Assembly: GCA_022561055.1 (NCBI GenBank)
Contig: JADFRY010000004.1
Span: 35,243 to 99,242, forward strand
Source of the DNA: Nanobdellota archaeon
GTDB taxonomy: Archaea > Nanobdellota > Nanobdellia > Pacearchaeales > GW2011-AR1
DNA length: 64,000 nt
Reading direction: 5' to 3'
Below, one piece after another: positions 44,314 through 53,734 of this stretch. The stretch's first letter is position 1. Each line of letters begins with the position of its first letter. The notes under the pieces are model-generated. The model made no database searches, was not told the DNA's origin, and worked only from the letters and a program-made list of their open reading frames with translations. The translations under genes and the position numbers were made by a program.

Positions 44314-46476
44314 CTATTGGTTTATTATTTTTAACTTTTTTTCTTTTTCAACTTTCTTTTCAACTAGTTGGTCTCCAAGAATTGATTTTATTTCGTTTTT
44401 ATTAATTAATTTTATTAAGGTTTCTTTATTTTTATAATAGAAATTCATTACTTTGCCAAATTCGTTTAGGCTTCTGATTTTGTTTTTTAGAAGCCAAGAA
44501 AGAATTTTCTTTTTTTCTTCCATGTCTTTATTTATCTCTGTTTGTGGCATTCCTGTGTGTCTGCTTATGTTTTCAAAAAATCCAGAACTTTCGCTGTGCT
44601 TTATAATTTTGTCTTCTTCTGGTAACCATCGATAAAGTATATTTGCTTTGGCTCTATCTTCTTCTGCTTCAAATTCAGCAATTTGTAATATTCTTCTTAT
44701 TCCTTTTTTTCTGTCTCTGAACATTACAACGTTCAGATCAACGGCCTTTAGCAAGTTGGGTGGTACATTAATTGGAGGGTTAGTTAATCTTGAGATAGTT
44801 TCGGCTGCAGAATCTGCGTGAACAGTCGCGTAGACTGAATGCCCTGTGTGCATAGCTTCAAATAAAACCATGGCTTCTTCGTGTCTTCTCATCTCTCCGA
44901 GAACAATTCTGTCTGGCCTCATTCTTAATGAATTCACAAGCAAGTCAAGCATGCTTACTTCTCCCTTTCCTTCTGGGTTTGGAGTTCTTGTAGTTAAGGG
45001 TGTCCAATAAAGGAAATCTGGGAGCATTAATTCTCGTGTGTCCTCTATGCTGATTATTCTATGGTTTGGAGGTATGAAAGGCATGCATGCATTTAAAAAA
45101 ACAGTTTTTCCCGACGCTGTGCCTCCTGAAATTAATACATTCATTTCATATTCTATTGCAAGCCATAGTAAGGCAGCCGTGTCTAAGTCACATGTTTTAT
45201 TTTGTATTAAGTCTATTATAGTGTAAGGATCCCGTGCAAATTTTCTTATTGTTATAGTATTGCCTTTTGTATTTATAGGAAAAAGAACTGCGTTTATTCT
45301 ATCTCCTGTGACAAGATGGGCATCTAACAATGGAGTCAAAATAGTAATTTGTCTTCCGACTCTCCTTGCAATTATGTTTGCATAATTGATTATTTCTTCT
45401 TCTGTTTGTATTTTTAAGTTTGTAATTAACCAGCCGTATTTTTTGGTATAAACTCTTACAGGTTCTTTAGATGAGGGAATTACAATTTCTTCTAAATTTG
45501 GGTCATTTATTAAGAATTCTATTTTTCCCAATCCAAGCATTTCTTGCATTAGCGTTCCTACTAAAAACTCCTCTGTTTCTTTTCCAATTTTTGGAAGTTT
45601 TTCTTTTAGGAGTTTAGCTGTGTCTTTCATAAATCTCTCCTTTATTACAGAAAGCGCTTTTGGGTCAGTAAGTTCTTTCATGCTTATTGTCGTGATAGAG
45701 ATTAATTCGTTTCTTATATCGCTTAAAAGAATCTTTGTAGCAACATCTATTTTTGGGACATTTAAATTATATATAATTCCAAATTCATCCTTTTTTAGTT
45801 CTACATTAACTTTAGCTTTATCAACTTCAATTTCATATTTTTCTAAGAGTTCTCCTTCAATTTTTTGTTCTTGTTTTTTAGTAATTTTTTTTAAATGAGG
45901 TTGTTTTTTAGATACTGATTTTATTTTTGTAGTTTTAGGAGCTGGGGGAGGACCAGGTTTTTTGTAGGAGATTGGTTTTTCTTTTTTTGGTCGGACTGCT
46001 TTTTTTAAACTGTCTGATTTTTTAGTACTGCTAATTGAATCCAGAAGCTTTTCACCTTTTGATATTTCGTCTGATAGTTCTATAATTTTTGAGGAATCTT
46101 TTCTATATTTTTTGACTTTTTCAGAAATAATTTTTTTATAATTTTCTAGTTTTTTAAGATTTTTTTTATCACCTTTTAGTTCTACATCGTCGTAAATCTC
46201 TTTAAAAGATTTTTGTAATTCTATGTAAGAGTCCATTACGTGGTCTTTATTCAATACAGGAGTTTTTTTAATGAGCTTATTTTTTTCTATTTTATTTTTT
46301 GGCACTATTTTCTTTTGCTTTTTTTGTTTAGGAAATTTCCTTTGCTTTTTTTGCAATTCTTTTTTTATTTTAGGTTTAGCTTTTATTTTAGCTCTAACTC
46401 TGTATTTTTTCTTTTGCTTTTTTTGCAATTCTTTTTTTATTTTAGGTTTAGCTTTTATTTTAGTTTTTTTTCTCAT
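44314..46476 (-). CDS. FlaI/VirB11/GspE-family secretion ATPase with long Lys-rich N-terminal extension
   Basis: Walker A SGGTASGKTV, Asp box IISIEDTRELML, Walker B RPDRIVLGEMR, His box TGHSVYATVHA. Confidence 0.9.
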   Translation of the reverse strand: MRKKTKIKAKPKIKKELQKKQKKKYRVRAKIKAKPKIKKELQKKQRKFPKQKKQKKIVPKNKIEKNKLIKKTPVLNKDHVMDSYIELQKSFKEIYDDVELKGDKKNLKKLENYKKIISEKVKKYRKDSSKIIELSDEISKGEKLLDSISSTKKSDSLKKAVRPKKEKPISYKKPGPPPAPKTTKIKSVSKKQPHLKKITKKQEQKIEGELLEKYEIEVDKAKVNVELKKDEFGIIYNLNVPKIDVATKILLSDIRNELISITTISMKELTDPKALSVIKERFMKDTAKLLKEKLPKIGKETEEFLVGTLMQEMLGLGKIEFLINDPNLEEIVIPSSKEPVRVYTKKYGWLITNLKIQTEEEIINYANIIARRVGRQITILTPLLDAHLVTGDRINAVLFPINTKGNTITIRKFARDPYTIIDLIQNKTCDLDTAALLWLAIEYEMNVLISGGTASGKTVFLNACMPFIPPNHRIISIEDTRELMLPDFLYWTPLTTRTPNPEGKGEVSMLDLLVNSLRMRPDRIVLGEMRRHEEAMVLFEAMHTGHSVYATVHADSAAETISRLTNPPINVPPNLLKAVDLNVVMFRDRKKGIRRILQIAEFEAEEDRAKANILYRWLPEEDKIIKHSESSGFFENISRHTGMPQTEINKDMEEKKKILSWLLKNKIRSLNEFGKVMNFYYKNKETLIKLINKNEIKSILGDQLVEKKVEKEKKLKIINQ
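46341..46463. repeat. 51-nt block repeated identically with 72-bp period at the 5' end of the ATPase gene
   Basis: 46341..46391 equals 46413..46463 by direct reading. Encodes KAKPKIKKELQKKQ twice. Confidence 0.9.
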
Positions 46477-46482
46477 TTTTAG

Positions 46483-47028
46483 TTATTTTTCATTTAAGAT
46501 TATTTCAGGCTCGCCTACTGTTGGGTATTTGACAGTTGCAAGATCCCCTTCTTCTAAAATTTTGCACCAATCCATGACTGTGTTTTTATTGACGCCAAAA
46601 AGTTTTGATATGGCTGACATTCTTAGCATTTTCTTTTCTTTTAGGATGTCATATAAGACGTCTAAGTCTGTTTTTGATTTTGATTTTGCATACTGACTCT
46701 TTTCATTTAGATTTATCTTTATACTTTGTATGTCTTTTTTTAGTTCTATTTTTCCTTTTATGAGTGTTATAACTATTATGACTATGACAAAAATCCATTC
46801 GCCAGCAATAAATATTTTAGATATTGGGGACATGTTAGAGTAATTTTCTTTTAGTCCTTCAAACAGTGCGAATTTGCCTATTGCTAGTCCAGAAATTCCT
46901 GATTCGCCCAGTCCAGAAATTCCTGTTCCGTAAATCATAATATGTAGGGTTGTATGCACTAAAGCAATTAGAATTATAAGAGTGAGAAGTATGCTAAGAA
47001 AATTTATTCTTCCTCTTTTTTTCACCAT
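46483..47028 (-). CDS. membrane protein with C-terminal winged-helix/HTH domain
   Basis: ATG at 47028. Two TM segments, then MLRMSAISKLFGVNKNTVMDWCKILEEGDLATV. First gene of the minus-strand pilus operon. Confidence 0.55.
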   Translation of the reverse strand: MVKKRGRINFLSILLTLIILIALVHTTLHIMIYGTGISGLGESGISGLAIGKFALFEGLKENYSNMSPISKIFIAGEWIFVIVIIVITLIKGKIELKKDIQSIKINLNEKSQYAKSKSKTDLDVLYDILKEKKMLRMSAISKLFGVNKNTVMDWCKILEEGDLATVKYPTVGEPEIILNEK

Positions 47029-47142
47029 TTGATTTAGAGAACAAGTTACTGCTTTAAGCAACTTTTAAATATTCTCTTATATTTAAAACAATATTACCTT
47101 ATAAATTTTGCCAAATGAAAAATTTAGGTATTAGGAGGAATA

Positions 47143-47565
47143 ATGGGAAAAAGAGGGCAGATAAGTGTTGAATATTTGATTGTAGTAGGATTTGTGACTT
47201 TTCTTATAGTTGGTATTTTGGGCGTGGCTTTTTTTTACGCGTCAGGAATAAGAGACGAGATTAAAATTAATCAGTTAAATAATTTTGCAAATAAAATAAT
47301 TTCTAGTTCAGAATCTGTTTTTTATGCTGGATCGCCGTCAAAGGTTACAATAAATGCTTATCTTCCTGCAGGCGTTAAAGTTATTGAAATAACAAGCAGT
47401 GAGCTGATTTTTGATATAGAAATAAGCTCTGGACTAAATAGGATTTCTTTCTCGAGTAATGTTCCTTTGGACGATACACAAGGCAGCAGTTTATCAGTTT
47501 CAGAGGGATTAAAGAGGATAGAGATTGCCGCACAATTAGATAGAGTTTCTTTTCGAGAGGTTTAG
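47143..47565 (+). CDS. pilin-like protein (class III signal peptide)
   Basis: MGKRGQISVEYLIVVGFVTFLIVGILGVAFFY. Confidence 0.7.
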   Translation: MGKRGQISVEYLIVVGFVTFLIVGILGVAFFYASGIRDEIKINQLNNFANKIISSSESVFYAGSPSKVTINAYLPAGVKVIEITSSELIFDIEISSGLNRISFSSNVPLDDTQGSSLSVSEGLKRIEIAAQLDRVSFREV

Positions 47566-47577
47566 GAGATGATATAA

Positions 47578-47976
47578 ATGACGACAATAAGAAAAGCGCA
47601 GTCAGCTATAGAATTTGTTATATTGGTTGGGGCTGTTTTCTTTTTCTTTATAATTTTTCTTTTTGCTATTCAGTCGAATATAAGTGACAAGATTAGAGAA
47701 AATCTAAATTTAGCTGTTCAAGAAATTGCTTTAACAGTTCAAGATGAAATTAATCTTGCTTCAGAATCAAGCGATGGTTATTATCGGAAGTTTAATATTC
47801 CTGAAAAGGTAATAAATTTAGATTACGAGATTAATGTTACAGAAGGATTGGTTTATGTTAGGACGTCGAATGGGAAATATGCGATTGTTTTGCCAGTTGC
47901 GGATGTTAGTGGTGAAATCCAGAAAGGAGATAATGTGATTAGGAAAGAAAGCGGTGCCGTGAGTTTGAATGAGTGA
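47578..47976 (+). CDS. pilin-like protein (class III signal peptide)
   Basis: MTTIRKAQSAIEFVILVGAVFFFFIIFLFAI. Confidence 0.7.
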   Translation: MTTIRKAQSAIEFVILVGAVFFFFIIFLFAIQSNISDKIRENLNLAVQEIALTVQDEINLASESSDGYYRKFNIPEKVINLDYEINVTEGLVYVRTSNGKYAIVLPVADVSGEIQKGDNVIRKESGAVSLNE

Positions 47977-48002
47977 GCATTTATAAAAATTATGATGGAT
48001 TA

Positions 48003-48198
48003 TGTCAAGGATTCTGGAGAAAGAATCCTTGAACACAAGAGAATTGCTTACAATTGCAATTCTCTGTGCAGAAAATTCCTTTCAGGAGGAATTTTCTTGC
48101 ATCCAAACCTCAAGAATGCTAACAATTGCATTCTTGATGGCACTCAAAAACTAAAAGTTTTTGATGAGTCCGAACAAAAAACGCAAAGACTTTTTGAT
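48003..48198 (+). repeat. multi-hairpin repeat element, compact copy (candidate structured sRNA or MITE)
   Basis: Hairpins at 48006-48031, 48038-48065, 48068-48100, 48111-48136 and 48144-48164, plus an A/T-clamped tail ending in a T-run. Confidence 0.8.
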
Positions 48199-48254
48199 GT
48201 TAGGACAAATTTCTATTTGAAAAGATTTAAAAACCGTTTTCCTTAGTTTTAGTC

Positions 48255-48830
48255 ATGGCGAAGGGAATGTATTATTATTTGAGGCAGGCATGGCAGAAGC
48301 CTTCTTCTGAAATGTTGAGGGAAAGATTGATTGAGTGGAGAAAAGGTAATGTTTTTGTGAAAGTTGATAAGCCTTTGAGAATCGATAAGGCTCGTGCCTT
48401 AGGATATAAAGCTAAAAAAGGTTTTGTTATTGTGAGGATTAGAATTAGGAGGGGCGGAAGGAAGAGGAAGAGGGCAGGAGTTAAAGGAAGAAAAACAACA
48501 AAACAGCATATTAGAAAAACTTTAAAAATGAATTACAAATGGGTTGCGGAGATTAGGGTTGCCAGGAAATATAAAAATTTAGAAGTTTTGAATTCTTATT
48601 GGATTGGAAAAGACGGAAAGCATTATTTTTTTGAGGTTATTATGGTTGACCCTTCTGCGGCAGAGATTAGGAATGATAGGATTATGAGTTGGATTACTTC
48701 TGGAAAAAATAAAAAAAGAGCTGAGAGAGGTTTGACTTCTGCTGCTAAAAAGTCTCGTGGCTTGAGAAGTAAGAGTCATAAATTGAAAGTTAGACCGAGT
48801 TTGAGATCATGGCATAGGCGAGGGAAGTAG
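48255..48830 (+). CDS. rpl15e: ribosomal protein L15e
   Basis: MAKGMYYYLRQAWQKP...LGYKAKKGFVIVRIRIRRGGRKR. Confidence 0.9.
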   Translation: MAKGMYYYLRQAWQKPSSEMLRERLIEWRKGNVFVKVDKPLRIDKARALGYKAKKGFVIVRIRIRRGGRKRKRAGVKGRKTTKQHIRKTLKMNYKWVAEIRVARKYKNLEVLNSYWIGKDGKHYFFEVIMVDPSAAEIRNDRIMSWITSGKNKKRAERGLTSAAKKSRGLRSKSHKLKVRPSLRSWHRRGK

Positions 48831-48935
48831 ATAGCTGAATTTGATGGAGGAGAGTTAGAGGATATGATTGAAAGAATTTCTTTGGGTTATGGAAATGGAG
48901 GGACCATGGAGAGGGCTAGCGTTGAATCCCTTTGG

Positions 48936-49940
48936 TTAAGCGGCTTTAGATCCTTCTATTAATTCTATCCACTCTCTTTTAAAAGTTTTGGGATCATGAT
49001 AAGTACGGAAGTAATCTAGTGCTTGTTTTGAGTATTTCTTTCTATTGCCTACGATCTCTAAATGTCTTTCTAAAAATTCATCTATATTATCAACACTACC
49101 AACAACAAATTCTGGAATAACATTTCTAATATCTGCTCCATAACCAACTGGAGTTGTCAATACAGGACACCTACAAGCCATGGCTTCAAGAAGAGTCAAT
49201 TGCCCCGCATCATATCTAGGAGTAATTATTGAAACTTGCGCCTGACTATATTCTTTTCCCAGGAGTCTATTATCTAAAAAAGGTCTAGACTCTATATTTG
49301 GATTATCGATCGCATCACCGGCATCACTAAAAATTCTTATTTTTACTCCTCTATCAGCAAGTTTTTCTAAAACATCAAAGCCTTTTCTATAATACTGAAA
49401 CCTACCAAGACTTAAAGAATGATCTGATAAATCTATTTCTCTTGGATAAAACAGAGAAGGATCAACAGAATTGTTAATTACTCCATCGACATTAATGCCA
49501 AATTCCTCTAGTTCCTCTTTTGTAAAATTTGAGACCGTGATAACATGTTTTCCTTCAGCAGAAATTTTTTGTTTTTTTGATGTTATTCCTTTTTGGTCGA
49601 TATCTTCTTGCGACATATATTTTCTCAGTAGTTTTACATATCCATAATAGCTTCCATGAAAAACATTGATCGCATTTGGGTGGTCAACGGCATAGCCCAT
49701 TTCTCCATTACATACGACGACATCAAATTCTTTTTCTTTATTTAAATTTGTAAAAAATTCACCTACTACGGTTTCAAGATCAGTTGTTGCTAGATCCTCT
49801 CTTCTTTCAGGAGGGAGAGATTCTTCACCTATTACTGAAACTATGTGCCCACGTTCTCGTAAGATGCGTGAGAGGTCTCGTGTAAATATTTGAACGCCTC
49901 CAGTTGATTCTATTTTGCTTGTTACCAGTGCTATTTTCAT
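48936..49940 (-). CDS. GT-B glycosyltransferase (GT4-like)
   Basis: N-terminal MKIALVTSK...GGV. C-terminal LLEAMACRCPVLTTPVG, typical of the Glycos_transf_1 family. Confidence 0.8.
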   Translation of the reverse strand: MKIALVTSKIESTGGVQIFTRDLSRILRERGHIVSVIGEESLPPERREDLATTDLETVVGEFFTNLNKEKEFDVVVCNGEMGYAVDHPNAINVFHGSYYGYVKLLRKYMSQEDIDQKGITSKKQKISAEGKHVITVSNFTKEELEEFGINVDGVINNSVDPSLFYPREIDLSDHSLSLGRFQYYRKGFDVLEKLADRGVKIRIFSDAGDAIDNPNIESRPFLDNRLLGKEYSQAQVSIITPRYDAGQLTLLEAMACRCPVLTTPVGYGADIRNVIPEFVVGSVDNIDEFLERHLEIVGNRKKYSKQALDYFRTYHDPKTFKREWIELIEGSKAA

Positions 49941-51121
49941 TATGCTGTTTTTAATCCTCCTATGAATTTTTTTGCGTCAGAGATGGCTTGGTCATAAATC
50001 ATTAGTCTTTTTGGTTCCCCTTCTATTTTTGTTCCAACACCAGAAACTGCAAAATCATTGTCTACTACAAATTTTTTGTACATTCTTTTTAAATACTCTT
50101 CTGCAGCCGAAGGACTTCTTCTAGCGAGAGTGACGTAAGTACTCATGAGAACGTTGCTAAACCATTCCACTGGTCCTACCCTGTTGCCTGTATCAATTCT
50201 TGCAATGTTACTTTGGCTTATTTGATAATTTATCTTTCCATTTACTTTCGAACCAGCGTCTTGTTCAGGTGCGCCGTATTTAAAATGAATTGAACTGAAT
50301 TTTGGATCTGGTGTGAAGAAAAGGGAATAGCCACTCTTTGCGAGCCGTAAAGCCAAATCTGTTTCTTCACGAAAGGAATTTCTCCATGCCAGATTTTCAG
50401 GAAAACCTCCAACTTCTTGGAATTCTCTTTTTTTTGCTAGAAATACTCCTCCAAGATTTTGAATTTGAATTGGATTAAATATTCTTAAATCGGCATCTAG
50501 GAGGTGTTCTTCTGGATTTGACAAAAATTCTCTTGGGAAGCCATCGTAATTTCCAGTAATAATACCTCTTTCCAGATCGAGCACACCTATTTCTCCTACA
50601 TCGACTAATTTTGGATGTCTTTTTCTATGATAGACAGGCACATGAACTGCTGCGGCCCTCTCGGGAAGTCTCTCCAACGTGAATGTTGCTCCAAAAAGCA
50701 TACGATTATCGAATATACAGTCATCATCGACAAACATTAATAAGTCATTTCTACTTTCTGCTACCCCTATATTTCTACTAATGGAAGAGCCTCTATTTTT
50801 CTTGTTTCTTATGGAGGTTATTAAAATGCCTTTTCTTTTTGCTTGCTCTACGAAGAAGCTGATTACGTCTTTTGTATGATCTTCCGATCCATCATCGATT
50901 ACTACAATTTCATCTAGAGTTGAATGTTCTTGAGCTATTAGAGATTCTAAACACCAAGCTAGAGGGTTTGAGTCTTCTTCTACTGTGTGAGGTGCACGGT
51001 TGTATGTTGGAACAATAGCGCTAATTGGAGAGGAGGTTCTTTGACCATTAAAATTAACATCTACAAAGTAGTTTGGTAAATGGACTTCTTCTTGTAATTC
51101 CCTTTCTGATTCTTTGCTCAT
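49940..51121 (-). CDS. GT-A glycosyltransferase (family 2-like)
   Basis: SAIVPTYNR, IVVIDDGSEDHT, DxD region FVDDDC. Start/stop overlap with the downstream GT4 gene. Confidence 0.8.
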   Translation of the reverse strand: MSKESERELQEEVHLPNYFVDVNFNGQRTSSPISAIVPTYNRAPHTVEEDSNPLAWCLESLIAQEHSTLDEIVVIDDGSEDHTKDVISFFVEQAKRKGILITSIRNKKNRGSSISRNIGVAESRNDLLMFVDDDCIFDNRMLFGATFTLERLPERAAAVHVPVYHRKRHPKLVDVGEIGVLDLERGIITGNYDGFPREFLSNPEEHLLDADLRIFNPIQIQNLGGVFLAKKREFQEVGGFPENLAWRNSFREETDLALRLAKSGYSLFFTPDPKFSSIHFKYGAPEQDAGSKVNGKINYQISQSNIARIDTGNRVGPVEWFSNVLMSTYVTLARRSPSAAEEYLKRMYKKFVVDNDFAVSGVGTKIEGEPKRLMIYDQAISDAKKFIGGLKTA

Positions 51122-51287
51122 TTCGTTTATACCCTTCCCCGTTGTCTTTTTCCATGTTACTTAGTAGTTGTTACCAAACCTTTATATATCTTATGTTTTT
51201 TAACATAGATATCTATAATATTTTTAGAAATATTAGTTTAAAAAAGTATCTGTTTAAGAAGATTTTTACTTTTCTTTTGTTTTTTTT

Positions 51288-53540
51288 CTATTTTTCAGTC
51301 TTTTTCTCTTGTTTTTCTTTCCAATTTGGGTCGAACGGGAATTCCCAAGGTCTTTTTCCTTTCCTTATGGCCATTAGAATTGGGAGGCCTTCGGGAGTTG
51401 TTTTGTCAGTTTTTTTGATTAGGGCGTTTGGCGGTAAATTGTAAGTCGCTGTGCAGTCAGGGTATTGGTCGCAGGCTACGAATTGTTTTCTTGTTTTCTT
51501 GGAGTATTTTATCGTTAAAGAGCCTTTGTTGCAAACTGGGCAGGGCATTATTTTGTTGTTTTCTCTTTGCATTTCTCTGAGTTGTTCTGTGCCTTCGAGC
51601 AAGGATCTGCCAATTTCAATTTCATGGACTTTGAATTCTTTAGAGATGTCTCCTATGAGAATTTCGACGTTTTTAATTATCTTTTCTTCTTTCTCTTTGA
51701 AACCAGAGGAGCCGGTTAGGATGTCTTCCATTTTTTCTTCTAAGTCACGGGTAAGGTTTTCATCTATTATGATTGGGGAATATTTTTCTAGAGCTTCTAT
51801 TAGTTTAAGGCCTAAGGGTGTTGCTTTGATTGATTTTCCTTCGAGGTAGCCACGGTCGAATAAGATTTCGATTATTAAAGATCGGGTGGTTTTCGTTCCA
51901 AGGCTTTTTTTCTCTAGGATTGTTATTAGAGATGCTGGAGTGTAACGCTTAGGAGGTTGAGTTTTTTTTCCTTCGAAGTTTATTTTTTCTATATCTACTT
52001 TGCCTTTCAAATCAGGGAGATTTCTTTCTTCCATTTTTATAGGATAGACATTTGTCCAGCCTTTTTCTAAAACCCGAAGACCGGAGGCAGAAAACTTTTT
52101 TCCATCTGCGTCTATTGAAATTGTTTTTCTTTCTACTTTTACATTTTGAGCGAAGGCAGAGATGAATCTTTTTACAATTAATTCGTAGATTTTTTGTTCT
52201 TCATTGTCTTTAAAAGAAGAGAATTCTCCAGTTGGATAGATGGAAGGATGCGCAGGATCTGACTTTTTACCTTCTACCGGATTTTTTCTTGTTGCAAACT
52301 TTGTTTGTTCGTAATTTTTAGATAATTTTTTTAGTATTTCTTTTGGCTTTATCTCGTCCGGGATTTTTTGAGATGAAGTTCTTGGGTATGAGATTAAACC
52401 ATCTAAATAAAGCGATTGTGCTATCCTTAGAGTTCTTGAAGGTGGAATTCTATGTAAGTTATAAGATTCTCTTTGCAATGTAGTTAGGTCGAAAGGATGT
52501 GGAGGTTCTATAGTTTCTTTTCTTTTTCTTGTTGTAGCTTCTCCTGATTTTATGTTTTCGAAAGCAGAGAGCTCTTCTTTTTTGAAAATGTCTTTAGGAT
52601 GTTTAAATCTACAACCTTCAGCTGGTTCTAGGAGTCCAGCGGTCTTCCAATCTAAGTAGGCGAAGACTTGCCAATAAGGTTTAGATTTGAAATTGGAAAT
52701 TTCTTTTTCTCTATTTACTATTATTTTTAACGTAGGTCCTTGTACACGACCTATCGAAAGTATTTTGAAAGAGCCGGTTTTTTTAATTGCAGACATTAAA
52801 GCACGGGATAAGTTAATTCCATAAAGCCAATCTATTTTATGTCTGGTTTCTCCTGCATAGGCTTGTCCCCAGTTTAGCGTTGGGAGAGAGTTCTCAAAAG
52901 ATTTTTCTAACTCTGTCTTTGTTAGAGTCGAATACTTCATTCTTTTTGCGTCTTCTTGTTTTGCTATGAATCTGAGAACATTCCAGCCTATTACTTCTCC
53001 TTCTATGTCGTAGTCTGTAGCTATGATGAATTCTTTAGCTCTTTTGGATAATTTCTTTAGAAGGTTGTAGTAATTTCTTGTGAAAGGATTTTTTTTATAA
53101 GAAGGAATCCATTCCATTTTGTAAATTGGCCAGCCTGTTTGTCCTGCTATGTAGCTTAGGTTAAAAAGATGTCCGACTGCAGAAGCCACGATTATTTTTT
53201 TATCTCCTCTAAGAACTTCGTAAAAAGAAACTTTGTTTTCTGAGTATTTGTTTGCTTTTCCTAAAGCAGAGGCTATTTTCATTGCTGCTTGTGGTTTTTC
53301 TGTGATTATTAGAATAGAATCTTTTTTAGGCTGAGTTATTGTGACTTCTTTGTTGGAAGCTTTTGTTTTTTCTCTCGCTTTTCTTCTAGGTTTGTAAGGT
53401 TTTCTTTCTAGTCTAGAGGCAGGCATTGGTCTTCCAGGAGACTCCACAGTAGTAAGCTCTTCTGTTGTGGGCTTTTTCTTAACTGCTTTCTCAACAGTTC
53501 TCTTTACATCTGTCGGCGGTAAAAAAGATTCAATTGCCAT
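51288..53540 (-). CDS. topA: type IA DNA topoisomerase
   Basis: Toprim ILIITEKPQAA and ATDYDIEGE, active-site ISYPRTSSQ, C-terminal zinc ribbon CPVCNKG...CDQYPDC. Confidence 0.9.
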   Translation of the reverse strand: MAIESFLPPTDVKRTVEKAVKKKPTTEELTTVESPGRPMPASRLERKPYKPRRKAREKTKASNKEVTITQPKKDSILIITEKPQAAMKIASALGKANKYSENKVSFYEVLRGDKKIIVASAVGHLFNLSYIAGQTGWPIYKMEWIPSYKKNPFTRNYYNLLKKLSKRAKEFIIATDYDIEGEVIGWNVLRFIAKQEDAKRMKYSTLTKTELEKSFENSLPTLNWGQAYAGETRHKIDWLYGINLSRALMSAIKKTGSFKILSIGRVQGPTLKIIVNREKEISNFKSKPYWQVFAYLDWKTAGLLEPAEGCRFKHPKDIFKKEELSAFENIKSGEATTRKRKETIEPPHPFDLTTLQRESYNLHRIPPSRTLRIAQSLYLDGLISYPRTSSQKIPDEIKPKEILKKLSKNYEQTKFATRKNPVEGKKSDPAHPSIYPTGEFSSFKDNEEQKIYELIVKRFISAFAQNVKVERKTISIDADGKKFSASGLRVLEKGWTNVYPIKMEERNLPDLKGKVDIEKINFEGKKTQPPKRYTPASLITILEKKSLGTKTTRSLIIEILFDRGYLEGKSIKATPLGLKLIEALEKYSPIIIDENLTRDLEEKMEDILTGSSGFKEKEEKIIKNVEILIGDISKEFKVHEIEIGRSLLEGTEQLREMQRENNKIMPCPVCNKGSLTIKYSKKTRKQFVACDQYPDCTATYNLPPNALIKKTDKTTPEGLPILMAIRKGKRPWEFPFDPNWKEKQEKKTEK

Positions 53541-53734
53541 TTTAATTTGTTAGACAATAAAAGAAGGGGTTTTAAATATATAGTTTTATTGATGGGGGAG
53601 TTTTTGGTAGGAGAAGAAGGTTATAGGAGGGAGTTAGTATCTATATTTCTATTTAATTGGGCGGGAACGAAAACAAAGAAAACTTTATATCCTTCTCCAC
53701 ATCAACTCCCATATAACAGAGAACAAATATAAAA

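Noticed and set aside
48157-48175. C/D-box sRNA or K-turn reading of gtttttgatgagtcc in the hairpin elements
   Set aside because: A UGAUGA-like string is present, but there is no appropriately placed CUGA D box or guide-length spacing.
51073-51849. Track ORFs 51073..51444(+) and 51451..51849(+) near or inside topA
   Set aside because: They are Phe/Leu/Ser-rich shadow frames overlapping the topoisomerase gene and its upstream region.
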